A stretch of DNA of 49,788 nt from Verrucomicrobiota bacterium (GTDB lineage Bacteria; Verrucomicrobiota; Lentisphaeria; Lentisphaerales; Lentisphaeraceae), in NCBI GenBank assembly GCA_039798785.1, contig JBDKFG010000032.1:1-49788 (forward strand). Direction: 5' to 3'. Under the pieces are notes generated by a model. The model saw only the letters and a list, made by a program, of their open reading frames with translations, was not told the origin of the DNA and searched no databases. Both the position numbers and the translations under genes were made by a program. The stretch's first letter is position 1; each line of letters starts with the position of its first letter. Positions 7,599 to 17,125 of this stretch are shown here, one piece after another.

Positions 7599-10481
7599 AT
7601 GAACCTCCCCGCCAACTACGAACGCGCCGCCGCCGAAGCCAAATGGCAGAAATTCTGGGACGACAGCAAGATCTACAAGTTCGACCCGGCTTCCAAGGCC
7701 GAGCCCTTCACCATCGACACGCCGCCCCCCACCGTCTCCGGCAAGCTCCACATCGGCCATGTCTTCTCCTACACCCAGACCGAGATCATCGCCCGCTACC
7801 AGCGCCAGCTCGGCAAGAACGTCCTCTACCCCTTCGGCTTCGACGACAACGGCCTGCCCACCGAGATCCTCACCGAGAAGGAGACCGGCAAGAAGGGCGC
7901 GGAAATGCCCCGCGAGGAGTTCGTCCAGCTCTGCGAAGCCACCTCGGCCAAGTACCGCACCCAGTTCCGCGACCTGTGGATGAGCCTCGGCTTCTCCTGC
8001 GCCTGGGACAACGTCTACTCGACCATCTCCAAGTCCTCGCAGCGCATCTCGCAGCGCTCCTTCCTCGACCTGCTCAAGAAGGACAAGGTCGACTACCGCT
8101 CCATGCCCACTCTCTGGTGCGTCAAATGCCAGACCTCCTTCGCCCAGGCTGAAGTCGATGACGTCAACAAGGGCACCATCTTCAACTACCTGAACTTCAG
8201 CACCACCGACGGCACGCTGATCCCCATCGCCACCACCCGCCCCGAGCTGCTGCCGGCCTGCGTCGCGATGTTCATCCACCCCGAAAACGCCAAGTACAAG
8301 CACCTCATCGGCCAGAAGGCCGTGGTGCCGCTCTTCGGTCACCAGGTCACCATCCTCGCCGACGAGAAGGCCGATCCCGAAAAAGGCACCGGCATCGTCA
8401 TGTGCTGCACCTTCGGCGACGTCACCGACATCGAGTGGTTCCGCAAGCACAAGCTCCCCAACCGCCTCGCCTTCACCCGCGACGGCAAGATGAACGAGCT
8501 CGCCGGGGAATTCGCCGGCCTCGGCATCGAAGAGGCCCGCAAGGTCATCATCGCCAAGCTCCTCGAAGCGGGCCTGATCTTCAGGCAGGAGGAGATCTCG
8601 GCCGAGAAGCGCGTCGTCAACACCCACGAACGCTGCGGCACCCCGGTCGAATACCTCGACACCAAGCAGTGGTTCATCAAGGTCGTCGACGCCAAGGAAG
8701 ACCTGATCAAGCAGGGCGAAAAGGTCAACTGGTTCCCCTCCTACATGGGCAAGCGCTACCGCGACTGGGTCGACAACCTCGGCTGGGACTGGGCCATCTC
8801 CCGCCAGCGCTACTTCGGCGTGCCGATCCCGGTCTGGTACGCCCCCGATGGCACCATCATCCCCGCCGACGACTCGCAGCTCCCGGTCAACCCGCTCGTC
8901 GACAAGCCGCTCGACTGCAAGGGTTATGACCCCGCCACCCTGATTCCCGAGAAGGACGTCCTCGACACCTGGGCCACCTCGTCGATCACTCCCGAGCTCA
9001 ACTGGCGCTGGGGCGAGAAGGACGAGATGCCGCAGCTCCGCCCCATGTCGATGCGCCCGCAAGCCCACGACATCATCCGCACCTGGGCCTTCTACACGAT
9101 CGTCAAATCCTGGTTCCACCACGGCGACATCCCCTGGAAGGACGCGGTCATCTCCGGCCACGTCATCAAGAAGGAAGTCAAGGTCGAGACCCAGAAGGTC
9201 GAGGGCCAGGCCTTCGAGCGCAAGTCGAAGATCTCCAAGTCGAAAGACGGCGACAAGTTCTCGCCCCTGCGTCTGATCGAGGAATTCGGCGCCGACGCGA
9301 TCCGCTACTGGGCCACCTCCGGCACCCTCGGTTCCGACATCGCCTTCGACGAGGACGAGATCGAGGGCTCCTCGAAGCTGCTGACCAAGCTGTGGAACTC
9401 CGCCAAGTTCGCCGCCGGCTTCCTTCAGGGCTTCGACCCCAAGGCCGGCCGTCCCAAGCTCGAAGCGGTCGACCTCTGGGCCCTGACCAAGTTCGATGCG
9501 GTGATCAAGAACTATCACGCCGCCTTCGCCAAGCACGAGTTCTTCCCCGCCCGCAACGGCCTCGAACAGTTCTTCTGGAGCGACTACTGCGACAACTACA
9601 TTGAGCTGGTCAAGGACCGTCTCTACTCCACCGACCCCGCCGACGCCGAACGCGCCCGCGCCGCCAAGTGGACCCTCTACTTCCTCACCCTCGGCCAGCT
9701 CAAGCTCTTCGCCCCCTACCTGCCGCACATCACCGAGGAGATCTACCAAGGCCTCTTCGCCGAGCTCGAAGGCGACAAGTCGATCCACATCTCGAAGTTC
9801 CCCGTCGTCGAGTCCTCTCTGGTCTCTGCGGACGCCGCAAAAGCCGGCGAACTCCTGCTCGAAGTGGTCACCCTGGTCCGCGGCTACAAGTCGCGCAACA
9901 ACTACTCGATGAAGCTCGCCATCGACAAACTCACTCTTGAAGCAGATGAAGATGTGTTGACTGATCTAAAGCTAGTCGAAAAAGATGTTCTTGGTATCTG
10001 CAAGGCTAATGCGCTAATTTTCAGCGTAAAAAAGACTGAGTTCATTCGTATATCAGGTACGATGCCAGCAGGCATCGGCAATGTCACAGTTTTAGCTGAA
10101 AATCCAACAACTGCACCTTCAAGCATCGATAATGTCGTGGCACTCACTGATAATCATATAATTGCACCTGCTTTCACGGAAAAGACCGAGCGCATCGCCT
10201 TGGCAATTGAAATGGACAAAGCCGCTCTCCTCCGCAACGAAGTGGTGAGCGAGCTCAAGCCGCTGATCAACGAAGCCAAGAAAGCCTTCAACCTGAAGGC
10301 CAAGGACGCCTGCAAGGTGCTCTACGTCCAGGCTCCCGTCGATTTGCTCAAGGTCCTCGAGACCGAGCCCGGCCAGCTCGAAGCCGCCGCCCGCTCGGAG
10401 AAGGTGGTCTTCAATGCCGAAGGCAAAACCTACCTCCCTCTGGCGAGCCGCCCGGGCATGGGCGTGGCGGTGGAGAACTGA
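7599..10481 (+). CDS. valS: Valine--tRNA ligase (archaeal-like/type 2)
   Basis: FTIDTPPPTVSGKLHIGH (HIGH), GFDDNGLPTE, ATTRPELL, WDWAISRQRYFG, DVLDTWATS, RPQAHDIIRTW and KISKS (KMSKS variant). Confidence 0.97.
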   Translation: MNLPANYERAAAEAKWQKFWDDSKIYKFDPASKAEPFTIDTPPPTVSGKLHIGHVFSYTQTEIIARYQRQLGKNVLYPFGFDDNGLPTEILTEKETGKKGAEMPREEFVQLCEATSAKYRTQFRDLWMSLGFSCAWDNVYSTISKSSQRISQRSFLDLLKKDKVDYRSMPTLWCVKCQTSFAQAEVDDVNKGTIFNYLNFSTTDGTLIPIATTRPELLPACVAMFIHPENAKYKHLIGQKAVVPLFGHQVTILADEKADPEKGTGIVMCCTFGDVTDIEWFRKHKLPNRLAFTRDGKMNELAGEFAGLGIEEARKVIIAKLLEAGLIFRQEEISAEKRVVNTHERCGTPVEYLDTKQWFIKVVDAKEDLIKQGEKVNWFPSYMGKRYRDWVDNLGWDWAISRQRYFGVPIPVWYAPDGTIIPADDSQLPVNPLVDKPLDCKGYDPATLIPEKDVLDTWATSSITPELNWRWGEKDEMPQLRPMSMRPQAHDIIRTWAFYTIVKSWFHHGDIPWKDAVISGHVIKKEVKVETQKVEGQAFERKSKISKSKDGDKFSPLRLIEEFGADAIRYWATSGTLGSDIAFDEDEIEGSSKLLTKLWNSAKFAAGFLQGFDPKAGRPKLEAVDLWALTKFDAVIKNYHAAFAKHEFFPARNGLEQFFWSDYCDNYIELVKDRLYSTDPADAERARAAKWTLYFLTLGQLKLFAPYLPHITEEIYQGLFAELEGDKSIHISKFPVVESSLVSADAAKAGELLLEVVTLVRGYKSRNNYSMKLAIDKLTLEADEDVLTDLKLVEKDVLGICKANALIFSVKKTEFIRISGTMPAGIGNVTVLAENPTTAPSSIDNVVALTDNHIIAPAFTEKTERIALAIEMDKAALLRNEVVSELKPLINEAKKAFNLKAKDACKVLYVQAPVDLLKVLETEPGQLEAAARSEKVVFNAEGKTYLPLASRPGMGVAVEN

Positions 10482-10488
10482 GGCGAAT

Positions 10489-10537
10489 CGCACGCGAAGC
10501 CGCGAAGAGCGCGAAGGGAAACCTTCGCGCTTTTTCG
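10489..10537 (+). terminator. Hairpin/terminator after valS with cgcgaag repeats
   Basis: cacgcgaagc cgcgaag AGCGCGAAGG-gaaa-CCTTCGCGCT ttttc, lying between convergent genes. Confidence 0.6.
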
Positions 10538-10632
10538 TTGGGGAGTATACGCCGGAGTAGTAGCCGGCAGATAGCCCCTGGGTTCGAGGAAAAGACCTCA
10601 GCCCCGGAGGGGCGTTCAGAAACGCGTGAGCG

Positions 10633-11853
10633 TCAAGAGATTCCCTGGTTTTTGAGCCATTTGCGCATCTTGGGAGAAGCGAGCTCGAGGAGGCTTTTGC
10701 CTTCGGCGTCGCGGCAGTCGCGGCGGGCGCCGTGTTTGAGGAGCAGCTCGGCGCATTCCACATCCTCGGCGAGGACTGCTTCGGCGAGTGCGGTGCGTCC
10801 GGTGTTCGAGACTGGGTCGGGATGAGCGCCGTGACGGAGCAGGATCTCGGCAGTTTCATAGAAGCCAGCGAGAACGGCATCGAGCAGAGGCGACTGGCCT
10901 TCGCCGTCGCGTTCATCGGCCTTGAGGCCTTTTTTGAGCAGAAGCAGGGTATTGAGCTGGCTTCCGGCTCCGGCGGCGTAATGAAGGGCGGTGGCGCCCC
11001 ATTGGTCGCGGGACTCGGGTGGAACGCCGGCGGCGAGGAGGGCTTCCAGGGCCAGAGTGTCTTCCAGTTCGGCGGCGAGGTGGAGGGCGGCTGCGCCGGA
11101 GTCCGATCCTTCGAGATCGCGCCAAGAGGCGCCTCCGGCGAGAAGGGTTTTGATCGCCTCGGTCTGACCGAAGTAGGCGGCGAGGTGGAGCGGCGTGTAG
11201 TTGGGCAGTTCATAACCTTCGCCTTCTTCGTCCTGTTCGGGATCGACGACGAGGTCGCAACGGGCGCCGGTGGAGGCGTCGGCTTCGAGCAGCAGCTGGA
11301 TGAGGGCGCTGTGGCCGTGCATGCTGGCACAATGGAGTGGAGTGAGCCCGGTGTCGCTGGCGATTTCGGCTCCGGCTCCTTTGTCGAGCAGCAGTCGCGC
11401 GATGTCGAGGCAGCCGCGTTCGGCGGCGTGGTGGAGGGGGCTCAGACCTTCTTCGTCGAGCGGATCGACGGGGGCGCCTTTGTCGAGCAGGAGGCGTGCG
11501 ATGTCGACAGCGTCGCTTTCGCAGCAGGCATGGAGGGGCGTGGTGCCGTGGGCGCCGGGTTGGGTGATCGGCGCACCTTTGGCGATGAGCAGCTTGACCA
11601 GGTCGAGATCACCGAAGACGATGGCGGCGACGAGAGGTGTTTCGCCGTCGGCTGCGGCGATATCCGGCTTGGCGCCGCGCTCGAGCAAAGCCTGGACGCA
11701 GTCGATGTGGCCGCCGGAGCAGGCGCGGAGAAGTGCGGTGTCGCCGGTCTCGTTTTCACGGGCGTTGGGGTCGGCTCCGTTGTCGAGGCGGTGGAGGAGC
11801 TTGCTGAGCTCGCCGCGTTCAGCGGCTTTGATCAGGGCGGCATCGTAGCTCAT
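10633..11853 (-). CDS. Ankyrin repeat protein
   Basis: Many GxTPLHxAA...LLxxGA repeats. Start overlaps the upstream epimerase stop (ATGA). Confidence 0.95.
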   Translation of the reverse strand: MSYDAALIKAAERGELSKLLHRLDNGADPNARENETGDTALLRACSGGHIDCVQALLERGAKPDIAAADGETPLVAAIVFGDLDLVKLLIAKGAPITQPGAHGTTPLHACCESDAVDIARLLLDKGAPVDPLDEEGLSPLHHAAERGCLDIARLLLDKGAGAEIASDTGLTPLHCASMHGHSALIQLLLEADASTGARCDLVVDPEQDEEGEGYELPNYTPLHLAAYFGQTEAIKTLLAGGASWRDLEGSDSGAAALHLAAELEDTLALEALLAAGVPPESRDQWGATALHYAAGAGSQLNTLLLLKKGLKADERDGEGQSPLLDAVLAGFYETAEILLRHGAHPDPVSNTGRTALAEAVLAEDVECAELLLKHGARRDCRDAEGKSLLELASPKMRKWLKNQGIS

Positions 11854-12794
11854 GAGGGTTTCCGGGCATACCAGGCGGCGGCTTTGCGGAGGCCTTCGCG
11901 CAGAGGCGTCTGGGGATTGTAGCCGAGGAGCTTGCGGGCGTTGCTGATGTCGGCGGTGTAGGTGGTGACTTCGCCGACGCGGGAAGGAAGGAAAGTGATG
12001 TTCGGGGTGATGCCGAGGATTTCCGAGAAGACTTCCGGCACGGTGGTGAGGGGGTTGCCCTGGCCGTAGGCGAGGTTGAAAGTCTGGTTGCTGACTTCTC
12101 CTTTCAGGAGGGCGTCGACGCCGCGGGCAATGCCGTCGACGCAGTCGTCGACGTAGGTGAAGTCGAGGACCTTGTCCTTGCCGAAGAGGGTGATCGGCTC
12201 GCCGCGGGAAAGCTTGCGCCAGAAGAGGGGGATGACCCGCTCCATCCGCTCGATGTCATCGTCGTAGCGGCCGTAGACGTTGGAGAAGCGGAAGACCAGG
12301 TATTTCATGCCGTAGCACTTGGCGTAGGCGTAGATGTAGGCTTCCGAGGAGATCTTCGAGGCGGAATAGGGCGATTCGGTGGTCGAGAAACAGGCGTCCT
12401 TCTCGGTGGTGACGTAGCGCTTGACGTCGCCGTAGACTTCGCGGGTGGAGGAGAAGACCAGGGGGACCTTGTTTTGGCGGCAATATTCGATGACGTTGAA
12501 GGTCATCAGGAAGTTGTCGAGGGCGCGCTCCGGGTGCTCGACCAGTTCATGGACTTTGGCGTTCGCGGCGAGGTGGACCACCAGGTCGACCTTGCCGTAA
12601 TCGCAATTGCCGATGCCGTCGAGGTGATTGCGGTAGGTCGAGGAGAGATCCTGCAGCAGGATCGGAAACTCCTGGGTCCAGGCGTTCGGGCGCTTGTCGA
12701 CGCCGAAGAGATCGTAGCCCATGTCGCGGAGGCGGAAACAGAGATTGGTGCCGATCTGGCCGGAGGCGCCGGTGATGAGAATGCGTTTGGACAT
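11850..12794 (-). CDS. NAD-dependent epimerase/dehydratase
   Basis: ILITGASGQIG, VVHLAA, SPYSASK (YxxxK), RFSNVYG and DFTYVDD. Start set at MSKR. Confidence 0.92.
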   Translation of the reverse strand: MSKRILITGASGQIGTNLCFRLRDMGYDLFGVDKRPNAWTQEFPILLQDLSSTYRNHLDGIGNCDYGKVDLVVHLAANAKVHELVEHPERALDNFLMTFNVIEYCRQNKVPLVFSSTREVYGDVKRYVTTEKDACFSTTESPYSASKISSEAYIYAYAKCYGMKYLVFRFSNVYGRYDDDIERMERVIPLFWRKLSRGEPITLFGKDKVLDFTYVDDCVDGIARGVDALLKGEVSNQTFNLAYGQGNPLTTVPEVFSEILGITPNITFLPSRVGEVTTYTADISNARKLLGYNPQTPLREGLRKAAAWYARKPS

Positions 12795-12805
12795 GGGTGA
12801 GCTCA

Positions 12806-12882
12806 GGTTGGAGGGGTTGGAAGGGTTGGAAGGTTGAAAGGTGAAGCGCAGCTGAGTCACTGAGTCTGAAGTCACTGAGTCA
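12806..12882. repeat. Two short tandem arrays, (GGTTGGAAG)-like and (CACTGAGT)-like, in an operon-internal spacer
   Basis: ggttggagg ggttggaag ggttggaa ggttgaaa ggtgaa, then ctgagtcactgagtctgaagtcactgagtca. Confidence 0.7.
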
Positions 12883-12896
12883 ATTTTGCTCTGCGC

Positions 12897-14159
12897 TCAG
12901 AAATCGGGGTCGTAGACCGGGACCTTGGCTTTTAAGGCGGCGAGGGAGAGGGCTTCGGCGTCGGCCTTCGCCTTGGCGGCGGCAGCGGCGGCGAGATCGG
13001 CTTCGGCCTTCGCCTTGGCGGCGCGAGCGGCGGCCTGCTGCTTGGTGACCAGCTGGGTGGCGGCGGCCCGGATGCCAGGAAGGGCGGCGGCGAGATCGCG
13101 CTTGTGCTGGGCTTCGACCAGAGCCGGTTGCGACACCCAGTTGCGGCCGCTCTTGACGTAGCCGGCGGCGCTCAAGGCGGCGGGAAGGCGCTCGCTCTCC
13201 AGCTCCTCGATGCGGTTAAGCTTCTCGCGCTGGCGCAGCTCCATTCCCTTCTTGACCGCGTCGGCGACGCATTTCTCATGAGTGACGGGATCGAAGGTGG
13301 CCAGGGCGGCCTCGTCGAAGTCGCTGGTCGCCAGTCGTTGAACGCCGATCTGGATGCGTCCGAGGCGGTCGATTCCCTTGAACTCGCCGGTGGCGCGGGC
13401 ATTCGAACCCTGGCCGCCGCGAAGGACGATGTCGACATTTTCGCCGACCCTTCGCAGGCGGAACTTTTCACGAGCCTCGCGGGTGAGGGCTTCGCGATCA
13501 GCGGGCGGGAAGGCCTTGGCCGCTTCGATCTCCGCCTCGGCGCGAAGGGAAGCTCGTATCTTCTCCTGAGTCAGGGCGGGATCGAATTTCAGGGGCCAGG
13601 GCAGGTTGAGCTTGGCGGCGGAAGTCTCCGGGGTGATCAAGGCGAGCTGGCGCTTGACTTCCGCTTCGATCTCGGCTTGGGCGGTGGGAACGGGGCAGTC
13701 TTCGACCAGCTTGGGCACCAGGGCGTAGAGCTCCCAGGGGAGGCCGCTCTTGACCAGTTGGCCCTTGTGGTCGAAGAGCGCGGCGAAGGGGAGCATCGGA
13801 GTGCAGGGAGCCTCGACGACGCTGGCGCCCTGGTAGATCGGGAAGCTGACTTTCTGGCTGTCGAGGAACTGGTTGATCTCGGCATCGCTGCGGTTCTGGC
13901 TGTGCGCGCCGATGACGATGAATCGGCCGTCTCTGCCGAAGTCCTTGTACAGTTTCTGCAGATGCGGCATGCTCTCGCGACAGGGCGGGCAGTTGATCCC
14001 CCAGTACTCGAAGAAGACCACTTTGTCGGCAAGATCCTCGGGCTTGATCTGGTCGCCGCGGATCCGCGAGGCGGGATCAATCCCTTGATAGGTGGCGGCA
14101 TCGGCCTCGGCACTCAGGAGGAAGAGGCTGGCGAGCAGGGCAGGCAGGAAAAGCTTCAT
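12897..14159 (-). CDS. Exported TlpA-like thiol-disulfide oxidoreductase with long C-terminal extension
   Basis: Signal peptide MKLFLPALLASLFLLSAEADA, VVFFEYWGINCPPCRESMPHL (CxxC) and an Ala-rich helical tail. Confidence 0.85.
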   Translation of the reverse strand: MKLFLPALLASLFLLSAEADAATYQGIDPASRIRGDQIKPEDLADKVVFFEYWGINCPPCRESMPHLQKLYKDFGRDGRFIVIGAHSQNRSDAEINQFLDSQKVSFPIYQGASVVEAPCTPMLPFAALFDHKGQLVKSGLPWELYALVPKLVEDCPVPTAQAEIEAEVKRQLALITPETSAAKLNLPWPLKFDPALTQEKIRASLRAEAEIEAAKAFPPADREALTREAREKFRLRRVGENVDIVLRGGQGSNARATGEFKGIDRLGRIQIGVQRLATSDFDEAALATFDPVTHEKCVADAVKKGMELRQREKLNRIEELESERLPAALSAAGYVKSGRNWVSQPALVEAQHKRDLAAALPGIRAAATQLVTKQQAAARAAKAKAEADLAAAAAAKAKADAEALSLAALKAKVPVYDPDF

Positions 14160-14177
14160 CGGTTTTTCTCCGGGGGA

Positions 14178-14741
14178 TTACTTGCTTTCCATGAAGAGCT
14201 GGCGGTTGGCGCTGAAGTAGCGGTAACCAGTATAAATCGTGAAGAGTACGGTGACAATCACCAAGGCATTCAAACTGTAGCCGATCCAGTCAGCTGGAGG
14301 AGGGACGGCGCCGCGCCAGCCCCAGTGCAGGCCGAGAGCGGCGAGACAGGTGCACTGCAGGATAGTCTTGATCTTGCCGCCGGTGTCGGCGGCGATGACG
14401 ATGCCTTTCTGCGAGGCGAGCTGGCGCAGGCCGGAGACGGCGAACTCGCGCGACAGGATGAGCACCGGAGCCCAGGCTCCAAGCTGCTTGTTCTCGACCA
14501 GGACGATGAAGCAGCAGCAGACGAAGATCTTGTCGGTGATCGGGTCCATCAGCTTGCCGAAGTCGGTGATGATGTTGTATTTCCGCGCCAGCCAGCCGTC
14601 GACGAAGTCGCTGCAGCCGGTGAGGATCCCGATGACCACGGCAGTCCAGCGTACGGCATCGTTCTCCTGGAACTGGGCGAGGATGAGAAAGACGATGGTG
14701 AAGACGAAGCGGGCGCAGGTGACTTGGTTGGCAATGTTCAT
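14178..14741 (-). CDS. pgsA: CDP-diacylglycerol--glycerol-3-phosphate 3-phosphatidyltransferase
   Basis: NQVTCARF, SDFVDGWLARKYNIITDFGKLMDPITDK, SREFAVSGLR and GKIKTILQ. Confidence 0.93.
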   Translation of the reverse strand: MNIANQVTCARFVFTIVFLILAQFQENDAVRWTAVVIGILTGCSDFVDGWLARKYNIITDFGKLMDPITDKIFVCCCFIVLVENKQLGAWAPVLILSREFAVSGLRQLASQKGIVIAADTGGKIKTILQCTCLAALGLHWGWRGAVPPPADWIGYSLNALVIVTVLFTIYTGYRYFSANRQLFMESK

Positions 14742-14771
14742 CGAGGAGGGCTTCCTGGGGATTGGGCGGAT

Positions 14772-15680
14772 TCAAGAGCGGAAGAGGATTTCGCGGGCGT
14801 CCTGGGAGTAGGCGATGGTTTCGATCGGCAACCAGCCGCCAGGTCCGCCGCGCAGATGGAGACCTCCGTTGGCGTCGACGCCGAAACGGCCGGCGGCGAA
14901 ATCCTGGACGCAGCGGGGCAGGACGAGCCAGTCGCCTTGGCGCTTGAGACGATCCTGGTTGACTTCCGCCATCTTCTCCAGCTCGTCGCCCCAGCCGCCT
15001 TTGGGCTTTTTGGCGGGACGCTGCGCCGCAAGCGCCTGCCAGGCCGCGGTGTCTCGCCCCATCAGGTCGATCTCGACTTCCGGGGAAAGCCCCAGGATCA
15101 AGCCTTCGTCCATGCCGGCGCCGGTGGCCGCGTAGGCCGAGGCGAGGATGACCGAGCTGCGCAGGCTGGTCTCGCCCGCCAGGACGGCGATTTCGATCGG
15201 CAGGGTGTGCAGGCCGACATAGAGTCGGACACCCTTTTCATCGGTGACGCTGAGGTCGCCGGGATGGACGTTCAGGCAGGGCAGGGATTCGGTCAGGTTG
15301 GTGAGGGGGACGAAACCGGCGAAGACGCCGAAGTCGGGAGCGAAGGGGAGGAGTCTGCTTTTCAGCTCGGCAGTCCATTCCTCGCGCGTCTTGCGGCCGG
15401 CTTCGCTGGCGAGCGAGGTGCTGCTCAGGCCGCGGGCGAGGTAGAAGGCGCCGATGTCGTGTTCGACCAGGGGGATGCCGGCGGCCGCGGCGATCAAGGC
15501 CGCCCGGCTTTGGGACGGCCGGTCGGTCACCAGGCAGGCGATTTCGTAGCTGGCTTCGTTGCCGAGATTGCGATGATGCTCGATGAGCTTTTCGGCGTTG
15601 GTGCCGGAGCCGCTGAGGAAGACGGCGCAGCGAGGACGCTGCTGGGAGGAAAGGCTGAGAAGGGGACGTACGTCGCTCAC
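14772..15680 (-). CDS. purN: Formyltransferase, phosphoribosylglycinamide formyltransferase-like (long variant)
   Basis: AVFLSGSGTNA, FAGF, LNVHPGDL and MDEG motifs; GTG start. Confidence 0.7.
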   Translation of the reverse strand: MSDVRPLLSLSSQQRPRCAVFLSGSGTNAEKLIEHHRNLGNEASYEIACLVTDRPSQSRAALIAAAAGIPLVEHDIGAFYLARGLSSTSLASEAGRKTREEWTAELKSRLLPFAPDFGVFAGFVPLTNLTESLPCLNVHPGDLSVTDEKGVRLYVGLHTLPIEIAVLAGETSLRSSVILASAYAATGAGMDEGLILGLSPEVEIDLMGRDTAAWQALAAQRPAKKPKGGWGDELEKMAEVNQDRLKRQGDWLVLPRCVQDFAAGRFGVDANGGLHLRGGPGGWLPIETIAYSQDAREILFRS

Positions 15681-15791
15681 GGCGGCTCCGGTTCTGGGCT
15701 GGAGGTTGAAAACTCTAATGTAAGGCTGAAATCAAGATCGACAAAAGCCGGAGGCGTCCTAGTCGCAAAAGATATCCGAGGAGTGCCGCGC

Positions 15792-16700
15792 TCACCATTC
15801 CAACTCGGCTTGAATCGGCAAATGGTCGGAGCCGATCCTCGGGCCGCGACGGAAGTCCTTCAGACGGAAAGCCGGAGCGACCAGGATGTGGTCGAGGGTG
15901 AGGCCGAAGGGGCCGGCCCAGGAGGGGAAGCTGCCGCCGTGGAAATAACGCCCGGAAGTGCCCCTGAGATCAAGTTTCCCGGCAAAGTCGGTCAATGGAG
16001 CGTTCCAAGGGACGCAGTTCAAGTCGCCAGCGACGATCAGCGGAGGGAGCGAGCCGGTCGCTGAACGACCGAGGCTTTCGGCCAGGCGCTCAAGCTGGCG
16101 GTCGCGCGCTCGGCGTCCGGATTCTCCCAAGGGCGGAAACGGGTGGGTCGCAAGCAGACGCAGGGAGTGGGCGCCATCCTGGATTTCGCCGTATATGCTG
16201 GGATGGATTTCAGCATCGGGGAGAAGCTGGAAGCGGCCGGGCAAACGGCTGAATACGGCGATGCCGAAGGGATTGTTGCGGGGCTCCTGGAACCCGTAGG
16301 GATGGCTTTGATTGAGCTCTGCCAGAGCCTCCTGCTGATCGAAGCCGAACTCGGTCAGGACGATCAGAGTGGGCCGTGTCTGCCGCAGATGCTCGAGCAG
16401 AGCCTCCATGTCGGTGTTGCCGATGTAGAGATTGGCGGCGAAGACCGACAGGGAGCGCCCTTCGCCGCAGGCTCTTTCCGCTTGCGGCAACGTCCGGCAG
16501 GAGAACAAGGTGAAGCCGCCAAGAATCAACATCAAGCTGAGCCCAAGATCGCTCCAGCGCCGGCAAAGACCTGCCGCGAGACTGCCGAGCAAGGCGAAAG
16601 GAAGAAGAGGTTTGACGGCATGGGCCCAGTGAGACTCGGTAATCAGGCCGAGAAGAAAAACGCTCAGGGCGGGCAGGACAATGACGAGGGAAGTTTTCAT
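15792..16700 (-). CDS. Membrane-anchored endonuclease/exonuclease/phosphatase (EEP) family protein
   Basis: N-terminal TM segments, then AANL, LTEF, GIAVFSR, ATHPFPP, VAGDLN, LDHILV and GSDHLPI. Confidence 0.9.
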   Translation of the reverse strand: MKTSLVIVLPALSVFLLGLITESHWAHAVKPLLPFALLGSLAAGLCRRWSDLGLSLMLILGGFTLFSCRTLPQAERACGEGRSLSVFAANLYIGNTDMEALLEHLRQTRPTLIVLTEFGFDQQEALAELNQSHPYGFQEPRNNPFGIAVFSRLPGRFQLLPDAEIHPSIYGEIQDGAHSLRLLATHPFPPLGESGRRARDRQLERLAESLGRSATGSLPPLIVAGDLNCVPWNAPLTDFAGKLDLRGTSGRYFHGGSFPSWAGPFGLTLDHILVAPAFRLKDFRRGPRIGSDHLPIQAELEW

Positions 16701-16852
16701 GCGAGGCGACTCCAACGGAAATGCAAAGGAGAATCAATTTGGTCGCTGGTTTCTTGCCAGTTCATATTCCGACACTTTGAGGATGAATGTTCTAGATGTA
16801 GTTTCCTCATGAGAATCGCTGGGCATGCCTAAATGACAAGGTGATGACCGGG

Positions 16853-17125
16853 ATGAGAAAGGTGATTTTACCTGTGTTGACTCTTGCGGGAGTGTTCATC
16901 AGCGGGATTGTCGCAGTTTATTTCATCTTGCCCGGCACACCTAATGAATGGCAAAGATCCTAGTCGGGATGACGCATGAGCAGGTGCTCGCCAGTCAATC
17001 AGGAAGAATCATAGATGTGCGCGATTTGAAGGATTTTGTCGGCGACAAGCGCAGCTTTCACTTGTTGGGCGTGGAATCTTGACCATCAAGTACGACGCTG
17101 ACGGACGAGTGTGTACTGCGCCGGC
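16853..17125 (+). pseudogene. Frameshifted remnant of a small membrane-anchored protein (SmpA/OmlA-like motifs)
   Basis: MRKVILPVLTLAGVFISGIVAVYFILPGTPNEWQ then a stop; other frames continue KILVGMTHEQVL...DLKDF and LTIKYDADGRV. Confidence 0.4.

Noticed and set aside
7143..9788. Long antisense ORFs (881 aa here; also 13104-16064, 18231-23174, 26142-28562, 32087-35113)
   Set aside because: These are typical stop-poor shadow frames opposite high-GC3 genes.
9925..10220. Intein or DGR variable region in valS
   Set aside because: It has no C/S...HN splice motifs and is too short for an intein. No template repeat or reverse transcriptase is present in the window.
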